NCBI GenBank assembly: GCA_050953105.1
Contig: JBMNMA010000007.1
Coordinates: 130,461-194,460, forward strand
From: Eubacteriales bacterium
Lineage (GTDB): Bacteria; Bacillota; Clostridia; Oscillospirales; CAG-382
Reading direction: 5' to 3'
Length of the DNA: 64,000 nucleotides
In this document: positions 16,876 to 26,545 of the stretch, piece by piece
Numbering within the stretch: the first letter of the stretch is position 1
Layout: each line of letters starts with the position of its first letter
Translations under genes and position numbers: made by a program
Notes under the pieces: generated by a model
The model's input: the letters and a program-made list of their open reading frames with translations, nothing else
The model's database searches: none
Told to the model about the DNA's origin: nothing

Positions 16876-19629
16876 ATGAAGAAGTTTTTTTCAATGTTGA
16901 TAGTCATGGCAATTTTGCTTCCGCCGTGTTTAGGTTGCATAAATGCTTATGCGGCCGAAACACCCAAGCCCTACCGGCGCGGGGATGCCAGCGGCAACGG
17001 AGTTATAGACATAGCCGACTATATAGCCGTCCGGCTTGACGTCTTAGGCGTTTCGCCCCTGTCCGACCAGGCAAAAATAGCCGGCGACGTGGACGGAAAC
17101 GGTGTGGTTGGGGTATCCGACTACATTTACATCAGGCTTCATATTCTTGGTGTAGCATATATAAGCGAAAATGAAACTGCAAGCAGGGTGGATGCCATGT
17201 ATGACGGAATAGCCGACCGCACACTTGACAAGGTAAACGTGTTAAAGGGTAAAAAATATACCTATTCCAAAGCCCCCAGCGTAGATTATCCTGATGAAAG
17301 CAACGTTAAACTGACCGACGGAAAAATTTCCGAAAAGTTTGACAAAGATAACTGGGCAGGCTTATATATGCAAAACACGGCTGAAATTACCTTTGACTTG
17401 GGAGAGGTAACAAGCGGCCTTACCGACCTTAAGGTTTATGCACTTAACCAAAAGAGCTACGGTATAAGCCTTTACCCCAAAATGGATGTTTCTGTTTCAA
17501 AAGACGGTAAAGATTATAATTATTTAAACACGGTTAACGCCCCAAGCGACGTTTCCGATGACGAAAACTTCTTTTACGAACTTAACCTTCAGGACACCTT
17601 CTCGGCAAGATATGTCCGTCTTACTTTTTCGGGCAGGACACCCACATGGTTCTTCATTTGCGAAGTTGAACTTTATTCTTACGGCGAAAATTATGAAGAT
17701 AGCTATTACGGTCCATTTAAGCCTGAAAAAATAACCACCCCCAAATACTGGAATTCCACCGATTCCGACTACGACACAAGCAAAAATATGATAAAGGGAC
17801 TTTCATATCAGATAAAGCCCCTTGTACCTATTAAGGAAGCCCACCAAACCGATTATTACAACGCAAAGGTTACAAACAAGGCCCTTACCGACGGAGTTAA
17901 AACCTCCTCCACCAGTTATTCAAACTCCGCCTATTTCCACTTTACCCAGTCGGAAGGACGGTTTATCCTGTTTGATTTGGGCGCTCTTTCAACAGTAACC
18001 TCATTTAACGGCGAATTTTTAATGGATTCAGGCACCGGCATTACTCCGCCCACAAGGGTTGCGGTTTATGTTTCGGAAGACGGGGAAAAATTCGGCAAAG
18101 CGGGGAGCGCCAGGTTTACCGCCCCCACTACAAATCAGGTATTTAAGGCCACCTTTAACTTTGATAAAAAATACAAAGCAAGATACGTTATAGTTTATAT
18201 TCAAATTAATTCCCATGCCTGGTGCAGCGAGCTTGAAATTTTCGGCACCAAGAAGGTTCAATCCGACGCAGTTTCGGCTGCCGCCATCGACTATGTAAAG
18301 GACGCCAAGGAGGGTAACTTTGAAATAGGAGATAAAGACGGATACCTTATGCCCAAGGATTTTATGGGCGTAAACAACGTGCTGCTGTCTTACCACTGCT
18401 TAAGAAGCGACACCGGAGCCCATAGGGAAGAAGGGCTTATAACCGTTGATGAATACCTCCCCTATGTTGGCTACTACGATAAAAACAATGTCCTCAAAGA
18501 CACCTTTATGGACGGCTTTTTATATCTTCCCTACACCGCTTTCAACTATTCCGACTACGGCGGTTCATTGGAAGGCTGGAAATTCTATATAGAAAACCAG
18601 TTTACCCCCGACCGTAACGTTGATGCTTTGAACAAAGCGGTAGGTCAGGTTAAAACACAGCTTAATAAAAACGATTACAAGGTTTCTGTATTCTTTTCAA
18701 TTCTTTATACCTTCAGAAAATTTCAAAGCGGTAATGTCAATAACTTCGGGGATCTTGACGGCGACGGAAAGAACGAAAACTTTAACAATATTGAAGACCG
18801 TAAAAAAGCAATAAAATGGATTATCGACCAGCAGATTGAAAAGTTCAATACCGGCAATTACGGCAACCTGGATCTTAAGGGCTTTTACTGGTTTGAAGAA
18901 TCATTAGGTGGCGATACCCATGATAAAGAGCTTGTAAAATATGCAGCCGATTATCTCCACTCGATGGGCTATGTTCTGTTTTGGATACCCTGGTACAGGG
19001 CTTCCGGCTACGACAAATGGGAAGAATTCGGCTTTGACGCCGCCTGCATGCAGCCAAACTACGCCTTCAACGGCGAAATTCCCATTTCCCGTCTGTATGA
19101 CAATGCCGCATACGCCAGAGCTTTGGGTATGTGCGTTGAATTTGAAAGCGACGGCACATCCTATGCAGCGGTTAAGAAAATAAAGGATTATCTCTATGTG
19201 GGCATTGAAACGGGTTATATGCACGCCGTTAAAATGTATTATCAGGGCGGTGTGCCGGGGGATATTTACAACGCCTATAAGTCCAAAGATCCCTATGTCC
19301 GCTCCGCTTATGATGAAATATACCTTTATTCAAAGGCAAAGCTTACAAAGAGCGACTTTTATCAGGTGGGGGCGGTTGACGATCCCTATCTTAAATCCTC
19401 TGACAGTAAAGGGGGAAAATACACCGGGGTAATTGCCGTTGACACCGATTATACCTGCAAGATAAGGGTAGCCGTTTCACCCAAATACGGCACATTAAAG
19501 CTTAATTACAACGGCACCTATGAATATATTCCCTTTGCCGGATTTAAGGGAACCGATACCTTTACCGTTTATGCCGACTTCACCACAAAGGTATCCGGCA
19601 CCATCACAATTACCATTAACGTAAACTGA
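16876..19629 (+). CDS. Secreted multidomain protein: N-terminal type I dockerin, two discoidin-like modules, DUF4855 domain, C-terminal Ig/cadherin-like module
   Basis: RBS GGAGG and signal peptide MKKFFSMLIVMAILL. The dockerin duplicated EF-hand-like repeats are DASGNGVIDIADY and DVDGNGVVGVSDY (nt 16981-17151). ARYVRLTF..CEVELY and ARYVIVYI..CSELEIFG are discoidin-like. The middle region resembles DUF4855. Confidence 0.8.
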   Translation: MKKFFSMLIVMAILLPPCLGCINAYAAETPKPYRRGDASGNGVIDIADYIAVRLDVLGVSPLSDQAKIAGDVDGNGVVGVSDYIYIRLHILGVAYISENETASRVDAMYDGIADRTLDKVNVLKGKKYTYSKAPSVDYPDESNVKLTDGKISEKFDKDNWAGLYMQNTAEITFDLGEVTSGLTDLKVYALNQKSYGISLYPKMDVSVSKDGKDYNYLNTVNAPSDVSDDENFFYELNLQDTFSARYVRLTFSGRTPTWFFICEVELYSYGENYEDSYYGPFKPEKITTPKYWNSTDSDYDTSKNMIKGLSYQIKPLVPIKEAHQTDYYNAKVTNKALTDGVKTSSTSYSNSAYFHFTQSEGRFILFDLGALSTVTSFNGEFLMDSGTGITPPTRVAVYVSEDGEKFGKAGSARFTAPTTNQVFKATFNFDKKYKARYVIVYIQINSHAWCSELEIFGTKKVQSDAVSAAAIDYVKDAKEGNFEIGDKDGYLMPKDFMGVNNVLLSYHCLRSDTGAHREEGLITVDEYLPYVGYYDKNNVLKDTFMDGFLYLPYTAFNYSDYGGSLEGWKFYIENQFTPDRNVDALNKAVGQVKTQLNKNDYKVSVFFSILYTFRKFQSGNVNNFGDLDGDGKNENFNNIEDRKKAIKWIIDQQIEKFNTGNYGNLDLKGFYWFEESLGGDTHDKELVKYAADYLHSMGYVLFWIPWYRASGYDKWEEFGFDAACMQPNYAFNGEIPISRLYDNAAYARALGMCVEFESDGTSYAAVKKIKDYLYVGIETGYMHAVKMYYQGGVPGDIYNAYKSKDPYVRSAYDEIYLYSKAKLTKSDFYQVGAVDDPYLKSSDSKGGKYTGVIAVDTDYTCKIRVAVSPKYGTLKLNYNGTYEYIPFAGFKGTDTFTVYADFTTKVSGTITITINVN

Positions 19630-19639
19630 CAGGTTATTT

Positions 19640-20383
19640 ATGGAAAGCTTTGGCGTTTTAGCCGGAAAATACGATATTTACAATTCAGCCGACTACGACA
19701 AATATGCCGCCTTTGTCAGGGACGCCTTTGAAAGCAATGATATTGAAATAAAGGAAGTCCTTGACTTAGGCTGCGGCACCGGCGAAATGTCGGTAAGGCT
19801 TTCGGATATGGGGTATAGCGTTACCGCTCTTGACAACTCCCCCGAAATGCTATCGAAATTAATTGAAAAAATAAACGGCAGGGACATTCTGCCGGTGTGC
19901 CAGGATATGAGGGATATTGACCTTTTCGGCACAATAACCGGGTGTATTTCCACCTTTGACTGTCTAAACTATCTGCAGACAACGGCGGATATCAACCAAA
20001 CCTTTTCAAAGGTAGGCCTTTTTATGGAAAAAGGGGGTGTATTCGTCTTTGACGTAAACACCGACTATGCTTACGAGCATGTCTATGCCGACAACAGCTA
20101 TGTTTACGAATCGGGTAAATCCATGCTTGTCTGGCGGAATTTTTACAACAAAAAGACAAAAAAATGCGCCTTTTACCTCACCTCTTTCGATTATGTTAAG
20201 GGCAAATATATCCGGACCGACGCCACTCATATCCAAAAAAACCATTCACCTTTAGTTATCGAAAAAGCGGCAAAAAACGCCGGATTTGACATTATAGGCA
20301 TTTACGGGGGACTTGACAAAACACCCCTTAATAGTGAAAACCCAAAAGCATACTACGTTTTAAGAAAGAACAGGCAACTCTGA
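19640..20383 (+). CDS. Class I SAM-dependent methyltransferase
   Basis: Motif I VLDLGCGTGEMS, post-I ALDNSPEML. Confidence 0.8.
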   Translation: MESFGVLAGKYDIYNSADYDKYAAFVRDAFESNDIEIKEVLDLGCGTGEMSVRLSDMGYSVTALDNSPEMLSKLIEKINGRDILPVCQDMRDIDLFGTITGCISTFDCLNYLQTTADINQTFSKVGLFMEKGGVFVFDVNTDYAYEHVYADNSYVYESGKSMLVWRNFYNKKTKKCAFYLTSFDYVKGKYIRTDATHIQKNHSPLVIEKAAKNAGFDIIGIYGGLDKTPLNSENPKAYYVLRKNRQL

Positions 20384-21255
20384 TGGCACGTATAATAAGA
20401 GCAATTACAAGAGACGGTTCGGCAAGAATAATTGCCGAAGATTCAAAGGATATAGTTCAGGAAGCAATACGCATCCACGACACCACCCCCGTCTGCTCCG
20501 CAGCGCTGGGCAGGGTGCTTACCGCCGCATCTTTAATGGGAACGCTTCTTAAAGATGAGGAAGATGCTCTCACCCTTTCTTTCCGGGGCGACGGCCCGGC
20601 AGGTAAGATTGTGGTTTCTTCCGACTGGAAGGGTAACGTGCGGGGATTTATTCAAAACCCTCATGTTGACCTTCCCCTAAAGCCCAACGGCAAGCTTGAC
20701 GTTTCGGCGGCGGTGGGCAGGGGAGAGATGTATGTCAACCGGGAAACGGGTGAAGGGCTCCCTTATTCGGGAATATCGAAAATTGTATCGGGCGAAATTG
20801 CCGAGGATATGGCTTACTACTTTGCCTCAAGCGAGCAGGTTCCCACCCTCTGCGCTTTGGGGGTGCTGGTGGATACCGACTGGTCCTGCCTTGCGGCAGG
20901 GGGTATTCTAATTCAGCTGATGCCCTTTGCGGACGAAAAAATAATCGATATAATAGAGGAAAATCAAAAAAACATTCCCTCTTTGACCAATCTGCTAAAA
21001 GAAAAATCCCTTGAAGAAGTGATGGGGGAATATTTAAAGGGAATAGAATTTGACGTTTTTGATGAAATAAGCTGCGGCTATGTGTGCAAATGCTCAAGGG
21101 ACAAAACCGACCGGGCGCTGGTTGCGCTGGGCAAGGAAGAGCTTGAGAAAATGGTGGAAGCCGGCGAAAATATCAATATTAACTGCCAGTTCTGCGACAA
21201 GAAATATGTATACACTCCCGTGGAAATAAAAAAGCTAACAGAGGTAATAATATGA
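20383..21255 (+). CDS. hslO: Hsp33 redox-regulated chaperone
   Basis: The C-terminal zinc centre is CKCS...CQFC. Size and layout match Hsp33. The start overlaps the upstream stop (tgatg). Confidence 0.9.
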   Translation: MARIIRAITRDGSARIIAEDSKDIVQEAIRIHDTTPVCSAALGRVLTAASLMGTLLKDEEDALTLSFRGDGPAGKIVVSSDWKGNVRGFIQNPHVDLPLKPNGKLDVSAAVGRGEMYVNRETGEGLPYSGISKIVSGEIAEDMAYYFASSEQVPTLCALGVLVDTDWSCLAAGGILIQLMPFADEKIIDIIEENQKNIPSLTNLLKEKSLEEVMGEYLKGIEFDVFDEISCGYVCKCSRDKTDRALVALGKEELEKMVEAGENININCQFCDKKYVYTPVEIKKLTEVII

Positions 21256-22322
21256 TTAAGGGAAGACTTGTTTATAACAAAATAAAAGCAAAGGCAGACG
21301 GAGCGATATTCTTTGACGAGGTGTCCTCCTACTGGCTCACCGGTTTTCATTCCACCGACGGTGTGGTAATAGTGGACAATACCAAAACCCTCCTTTGCGT
21401 GGATTCCCGCTATGTGGAAGCCGCCCGTATCGCCAAGGCTAACGGCGAGCTTTACGGCGACGTTGAGGTAAAACTGCTTGAAAACGGTGTGTTTGACGCA
21501 ATTAAGGCCTATTTCAAAGGGCAAACACTGGCTTTCGATTCGTCCTTCGTAACCGTTGCCCGTCTTGAACTGTTAAAGGAAAAGCTTGAAGGGTTTGATT
21601 TTGTTCCCTTAAATAACATCTGCGGCGAATTCCGTATGGTAAAATCCGCAGACGAGCTTGAAAAAATCAAAGCCGCTCAGGCCATAACCGACGCAGCATT
21701 CAGCCACATTTTAGGCTTTATAAAAGAAGGTGTCAGGGAAAGGGAAATCGCCGCCGAGCTTGAATATTTTGTCAAGAAAAACGGGGGCGACGGCATGGCC
21801 TTTGATACCATAGCCGTATCCGGTTCCAATTCCTCCCTCCCTCACGGAGTGCCGGGGGACAGAGTTATTGTTAAAAATTCGTTTATAACCATGGATTTCG
21901 GCGCAAAATATAAGGGCTACTGTTCCGATATGACCCGCACCGTGGTTTTCGGCAAAGCCGACGACGAAATGAAATTTATATACAACACCGTTCTTGATGC
22001 CCAGTTAGCCGCCATTAAAGCCGCAAAGGGAAATGTTATAGGCAAAGACATTGACAAGGTGGCAAGGGATATTATATCGGCCGCAGGCTACGGGCCGAAT
22101 TTCGGCCATTCGTTGGGCCATTCCCTGGGTATCGAAATTCACGAATCCCCCAATTTTTCACCAAAATTCGACAACTCCATACCCTCCGGCGCAGTCATGA
22201 CGGTGGAGCCGGGAATATACCTTGAAGGCAAATACGGCGTGCGTATTGAAGATATGGTTTACCTGACCGACGAAGGGAATGTTGATTTAACCAATTCCCC
22301 CAAAGAACTTATTGAAATATAA
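21252..22322 (+). CDS. M24-family Xaa-Pro aminopeptidase/dipeptidase
   Basis: Metal ligand motifs are DFGAKYKGYCSDMTRT, HSLGHSLGIEIHE and EPGIY..G..GVRIED. Position upstream of efp is conserved. Confidence 0.88.
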   Translation: MIKGRLVYNKIKAKADGAIFFDEVSSYWLTGFHSTDGVVIVDNTKTLLCVDSRYVEAARIAKANGELYGDVEVKLLENGVFDAIKAYFKGQTLAFDSSFVTVARLELLKEKLEGFDFVPLNNICGEFRMVKSADELEKIKAAQAITDAAFSHILGFIKEGVREREIAAELEYFVKKNGGDGMAFDTIAVSGSNSSLPHGVPGDRVIVKNSFITMDFGAKYKGYCSDMTRTVVFGKADDEMKFIYNTVLDAQLAAIKAAKGNVIGKDIDKVARDIISAAGYGPNFGHSLGHSLGIEIHESPNFSPKFDNSIPSGAVMTVEPGIYLEGKYGVRIEDMVYLTDEGNVDLTNSPKELIEI

Positions 22323-22340
22323 GTATTTTTCCAAAAAGGA

Positions 22341-22369
22341 TTGACAAAAGACAAGGTTTAATGTAAAAT
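22341..22369 (+). promoter_or_regulatory. Putative sigma-A promoter of efp
   Basis: ttgaca (22341-22346), 17-nt spacer, taaaat (22364-22369). Confidence 0.55.
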
Positions 22370-22399
22370 TTCAGTAGATATTACGAAAGGAAATTATAT

Positions 22400-22957
22400 A
22401 TGGTTACAGCAGGTGATTTCAGAAACGGCCTTACATTCGAGATGGACGGAAATGTAATGCAGGTTATTGAATTCCAACACGTAAAACCCGGCAAAGGCGC
22501 GGCTTTTGTCAGGACTAAACTCCGCAACGTAATTGTTGGTTCCGTTGTGGAAATGACCTTCTCTCCCTCCGACAAATTCCCTACAGCGGTGGTAGAAAGA
22601 AAGGACATGCAGTACAGCTACAGCGACGGGGAACTTTACTACTTTATGGATATGGACACCTATGACCAGGTCCCCCTCAATGCCGACAAGCTCCCCGACA
22701 GCTTTAAATATGTTAAAGAAGGGGACGTTTGCCGCCTGGTTTCTTACAAGGGCAACGTTTTCTCGGTAGAACCCCCCACTTTTGTGGAACTTGAAGTTGT
22801 TAAAGCCGACCCGGGCGTCAGGGGCAACACCGCCACCAACGTCATGAAGCTTGCCGAAGTTGAAACCGGAGCCACCATAAAGGTTCCCATGTTTATTAAC
22901 GAAGGCGATAAGATTAAAATCGACACCCGTACGGGGGAATATCTTGAACGGGTATAA
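22400..22957 (+). CDS. efp: Elongation factor P
   Basis: The [15 protein letters not shown] loop carries the modified Lys; 185 aa. Confidence 0.97.
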   Translation: MVTAGDFRNGLTFEMDGNVMQVIEFQHVKPGKGAAFVRTKLRNVIVGSVVEMTFSPSDKFPTAVVERKDMQYSYSDGELYYFMDMDTYDQVPLNADKLPDSFKYVKEGDVCRLVSYKGNVFSVEPPTFVELEVVKADPGVRGNTATNVMKLAEVETGATIKVPMFINEGDKIKIDTRTGEYLERV

Positions 22958-22988
22958 TCCCCTACATAACGAGGAAAGGAAAATCAAA

Positions 22989-23315
22989 ATGAACATTTCA
23001 GAAAAAGCCGCCTATATCAAGGGCCTTATGGAAGGCATGAAGTTTAACACCGAAACCGACGAAGGCAAGCTTATCAAAAACATAGTCGAACTGTTGGAGG
23101 ATATCGCCCTTTCGGTTCAGGACCTTGAGGACGAAACCGCAAGCATGACCGACTATATAGACGAGCTTGACCATGACCTCGCCGACCTTGAAGAAGAAGT
23201 TTACAGCTATTCCGACGAATACGATTGCGACTGCGACGACGATTGTTGCGACGAATGTGGCGATTACGATTGCTGCTGCGAGGAATGCGAAGAAGACGAA
23301 GGCGAAGACGAATAA
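22989..23315 (+). CDS. Small acidic protein with a Cys/Asp/Glu-rich C-terminal tail (CD1247 N-terminal domain-like)
   Basis: Start at the ATG at 22989 with an AGGAAAGGA RBS. The N-terminus is MNISEKAAYIKGLMEGM. The tail is CDCDDDCCDECGDYDCCCEECEEDEGEDE. Confidence 0.6.
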   Translation: MNISEKAAYIKGLMEGMKFNTETDEGKLIKNIVELLEDIALSVQDLEDETASMTDYIDELDHDLADLEEEVYSYSDEYDCDCDDDCCDECGDYDCCCEECEEDEGEDE

Positions 23316-23332
23316 CATTCACCGCATATAAC

Positions 23333-23361
23333 AAAAAGCTGTTCAGCTGAACAGCTTTTTT
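23333..23361 (+). terminator. Rho-independent terminator
   Basis: Stem agctgttc / gaacagct, loop agct, then a T5 run. Confidence 0.8.
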
Positions 23362-23384
23362 AATGAGAAAGGGATGATTTCGGT

Positions 23385-24194
23385 TTGACCCTACCCGAAG
23401 TGGTATATGACGTCCACACCCATATTTTTCCCGAACGTCTTGCCGAAAGAGCCGTTGAAAATATAGGCGGCTATTACGGTATAAAGATGGAAGGGAAGGG
23501 GACGGCAAAAGACCTTGAAAAAAGCCTTGAAGCAATACCGCAGTTCAGGTTTGTAATATCCTCCGCTGCGTTAAAGGCCGAAGCAATGGTTCAGGTCAAC
23601 GACTATCTCCTTGAAGAAGCAAAGGAAAACAATTGTTTCATCCCTTTTTCTTCGGTTTATCCCCATATCCCCGTTTCCGACGCAGAAAAAGAGCTTGTCC
23701 GGGTAAAGGAAAAGGGGACAATGGGAATTAAGCTCCACCCGGATTTTCAGAAGTTTTATATAGACGACAGTCATGTGTTTGAAATATATAAAATCTGCCG
23801 GCAGCTAGACCTGCCCGTGCTTATTCATTTGGGTGACGAAAACACCGACTATTCCACCCCCACAAGGCTTTATAATGTTGTAAATAGATTACCCGACTTG
23901 AAGGTTATCGCCGCCCACCTTGGCGGATACACCGCCTGGGACGAGGCCGAAAGGGTGCTTTTAGGTGCAAACGTTTACACCGAAACCTCCGACGCATGGC
24001 TGGGGTTGGAGGGGGAAAGGATTGTCGAACTTTGTCGCAAACACGGCATAGATAAGGTTATGTTCGGCTCCGATTATCCGCTGGCTCCGCCTGAGGAAGT
24101 TTTGGAAAAATTCGACGCACTGCCTTTTACAAAGGAAGAAAAAGAAAAAATATATCAAAAAAACGCCGAAAGGCTGTTTTTCAACAAAAATTGA
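23385..24194 (+). CDS. Amidohydrolase-family (TIM-barrel metal-dependent hydrolase) protein
   Basis: N-terminal DVHTH metal motif, HLGG, and the FGSDYP C-terminal motif. Start codon is TTG. Confidence 0.75.
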   Translation: MTLPEVVYDVHTHIFPERLAERAVENIGGYYGIKMEGKGTAKDLEKSLEAIPQFRFVISSAALKAEAMVQVNDYLLEEAKENNCFIPFSSVYPHIPVSDAEKELVRVKEKGTMGIKLHPDFQKFYIDDSHVFEIYKICRQLDLPVLIHLGDENTDYSTPTRLYNVVNRLPDLKVIAAHLGGYTAWDEAERVLLGANVYTETSDAWLGLEGERIVELCRKHGIDKVMFGSDYPLAPPEEVLEKFDALPFTKEEKEKIYQKNAERLFFNKN

Positions 24195-24209
24195 CATAAC
24201 AGGTGTATC

Positions 24210-25694
24210 ATGTTTTTAAAGTCTTTTGACAACGACAAATACATTAGGCTGCAATCCGAAAAAATAAAGGAAAGAATATCAGCCTTCGGCGGAAAACTCT
24301 ATCTTGAATTCGGCGGTAAGCTGTTTGACGACTATCATGCGTCCCGGGTGCTGCCCGGCTTTAAACCCGACAGCAAGCTGCAGATGTTAATGACCTTAAA
24401 GGACGATGCGGAAATTGTAATAGTCATTAACGCCTATGACATTGAAAAAAACAAAATGCGGGGCGACCTTGGCATAACCTATGATGCAGACGTTCTCCGC
24501 CTTATAGACGCCTTCCGTCTTGCCGGATTTTACGTTGGCAGCGTGGTACTGACACAGTATTCATCCCAGCCGGCGGCCACCGCCTTTTCGGCACGGCTTG
24601 AAAAGCTGGGAATAAAAACCTACCACCATTATTCCATAGACGGCTATCCAGACAACGTGCAGGGAATAGTGTCGGAAAACGGATACGGTAAAAACGAGTA
24701 TGTAGAAACCACCCGTTCCCTTGTGGTGGTAACCGCTCCCGGCCCGGGTTCGGGCAAGATGGCGGTGTGCATGTCCCAGCTTTACCACGAAAATGCCAGA
24801 GGTGTGTCGGCAGGGTATGCCAAATTTGAAACTTTCCCTATATGGAATCTTCCCCTGAAACACCCGGTTAACATAGCCTACGAGGCCGCCACCGTGGACC
24901 TGGGGGACGTTAATATGATAGACCCCTTCCACTATGATGCCTACGGAATTATGGCGGTAAACTACAACCGGGACGTGGAAATCTACCCGGTTATGAATGC
25001 AATCTTTGAGAAAATTTACGGCTATTCCCCCTATAAATCTCCCACCGACATGGGAGTTAACATGGCGGGGTATTGTATTATCGACGATGAGGAAGTTAAG
25101 GAAGCCGCCCGCAGGGAAATTGTAAGGCGTTATTATGCCTGCGCCTGTGCCGAAAGAAAGGGACTTAGCGACCATTCCCTGACCGCCCGGTGCGAGCTGC
25201 TTATACGTCAGGCCGGAGCAAGCTTGGATGCAAGAAAAGTTGTGCCTGCCGCCCTTGAAAAAGAAAGGCTAACCGGCGCTCCGGCGGCAGCCATTGAGCT
25301 TAACGACGGCAGAATTATTGTGGGTAAAACCACATCCCTTCTCGGAGCATCCTCTGCCATGCTGTTGAATGCTCTAAAAGCCCTTGCCGGCATCGACGAC
25401 GACGTTCAGCTTATCGCCCAGAAATATATCCAGCCCATTCAGGAACTTAAGGTTAATATCTTAGGCAACCGCAATCCCCGGCTGCATATGGACGAGGTGC
25501 TTTTGGCACTCAGCATTTGCGCATCCGACGACGAAAACGCTGCAAAATGCGTGGAACAGCTTAAAAATTTAAGCTACTGCGAAGCCCATTCCAGTGTAAT
25601 TTTGTCCCAGGTTGACGAGAATATATACAGAAAATTAGGTATAAACCTTACCTGCGAGCCGGTTTATCAAACCAAAAAGCTTTATCATAAATAA
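24210..25694 (+). CDS. DUF1846 (UPF0371) family protein
   Basis: The N-terminus FDNDKYIRLQSEKI...LYLEFGGKLFDDYHASRVLPGF matches my memory of the DUF1846 family; 494 aa. Confidence 0.8.
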   Translation: MFLKSFDNDKYIRLQSEKIKERISAFGGKLYLEFGGKLFDDYHASRVLPGFKPDSKLQMLMTLKDDAEIVIVINAYDIEKNKMRGDLGITYDADVLRLIDAFRLAGFYVGSVVLTQYSSQPAATAFSARLEKLGIKTYHHYSIDGYPDNVQGIVSENGYGKNEYVETTRSLVVVTAPGPGSGKMAVCMSQLYHENARGVSAGYAKFETFPIWNLPLKHPVNIAYEAATVDLGDVNMIDPFHYDAYGIMAVNYNRDVEIYPVMNAIFEKIYGYSPYKSPTDMGVNMAGYCIIDDEEVKEAARREIVRRYYACACAERKGLSDHSLTARCELLIRQAGASLDARKVVPAALEKERLTGAPAAAIELNDGRIIVGKTTSLLGASSAMLLNALKALAGIDDDVQLIAQKYIQPIQELKVNILGNRNPRLHMDEVLLALSICASDDENAAKCVEQLKNLSYCEAHSSVILSQVDENIYRKLGINLTCEPVYQTKKLYHK

Positions 25695-25811
25695 AATAAA
25701 GGCCGTAAAACACCGTTTTTCTGATTCATGACCTTATCATAAAAAAGAATTGCGGCGAATTGCGGCCTTTTACAAATATCCTTTTAGGAGGATAAGACGA
25801 TAAAAATCCGG

Positions 25812-26045
25812 TTATGGGTTTTCTGTCTTAACCTGACTGCCGTCACTTGTGGTTTCGTCCGGGATGCTTTCTGATCTCGGCGGTTCGTCTATAAGCGGCG
25901 AAGCCTGAGCCATCTGCAATGCCGGATCAATACCAGTCATGCCGGATATTCCAATTAAGGAACGCTTATCGGTCAACGGATAACGAAACCTGTTGACCGG
26001 TAAAGAAGGAAATTCCTTTTTCCTTCTTCTCTTCATAACCTTCAT
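25812..26045 (-). CDS. Hypothetical small basic/acidic protein (weak call)
   Basis: This is the only ORF in a 435-nt gap. An AAAGGA RBS lies before the second ATG (26036). No family was recognised and the composition looks disordered. Confidence 0.3.
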   Translation of the reverse strand: MKVMKRRRKKEFPSLPVNRFRYPLTDKRSLIGISGMTGIDPALQMAQASPLIDEPPRSESIPDETTSDGSQVKTENP

Positions 26046-26129
26046 CCTTTCCGGACGTTAGTATTATGTTTCGGTAAAAAAATTATATTCGCACAAAAAC
26101 AAATCAATTTTTTCAAAACAGGGGAAAAA

Positions 26130-26543
26130 ATGGCATACATTTGCATTGATTTTGGTGACAAACGTATAGGCATTGCAAAAAGCGACGGAGTTCTTGCCAC
26201 ATCGGTGGGGACGATTGTCGTTACGGGAATGAACGATGCCGTTAAAAAGACCGCCGCCATGATTAAGGAACACAACGGCCACGTTGTGGTTATAGGCATG
26301 CCAAAAAACATGGACTCAACCGAAGGCTACCGGGCAAAGCGGACAAGGGAGTTTGCCGCAATGCTTGAAGCAGAAACCGGCATTACCCCGGTGCTGTTTG
26401 ACGAAAGGCTTACAACAAGTCAGGCTTATGTTTATATGAATGAAATTGATTTTAAGTCTAAAAAAAGAAAAGGCGTCATAGACGCCCTTTCGGCAAAAAT
26501 TATTTTACAGGATTATCTGGATTTTACAAAGGGCAGGGGATAA
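26130..26543 (+). CDS. ruvX: Holliday junction resolvase-like RuvX/YqgF
   Basis: ICIDFGDKRIGIA, GMPKNMDS..G and DERLTT motifs. Confidence 0.9.
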   Translation: MAYICIDFGDKRIGIAKSDGVLATSVGTIVVTGMNDAVKKTAAMIKEHNGHVVVIGMPKNMDSTEGYRAKRTREFAAMLEAETGITPVLFDERLTTSQAYVYMNEIDFKSKKRKGVIDALSAKIILQDYLDFTKGRG

Positions 26544-26545
26544 TA

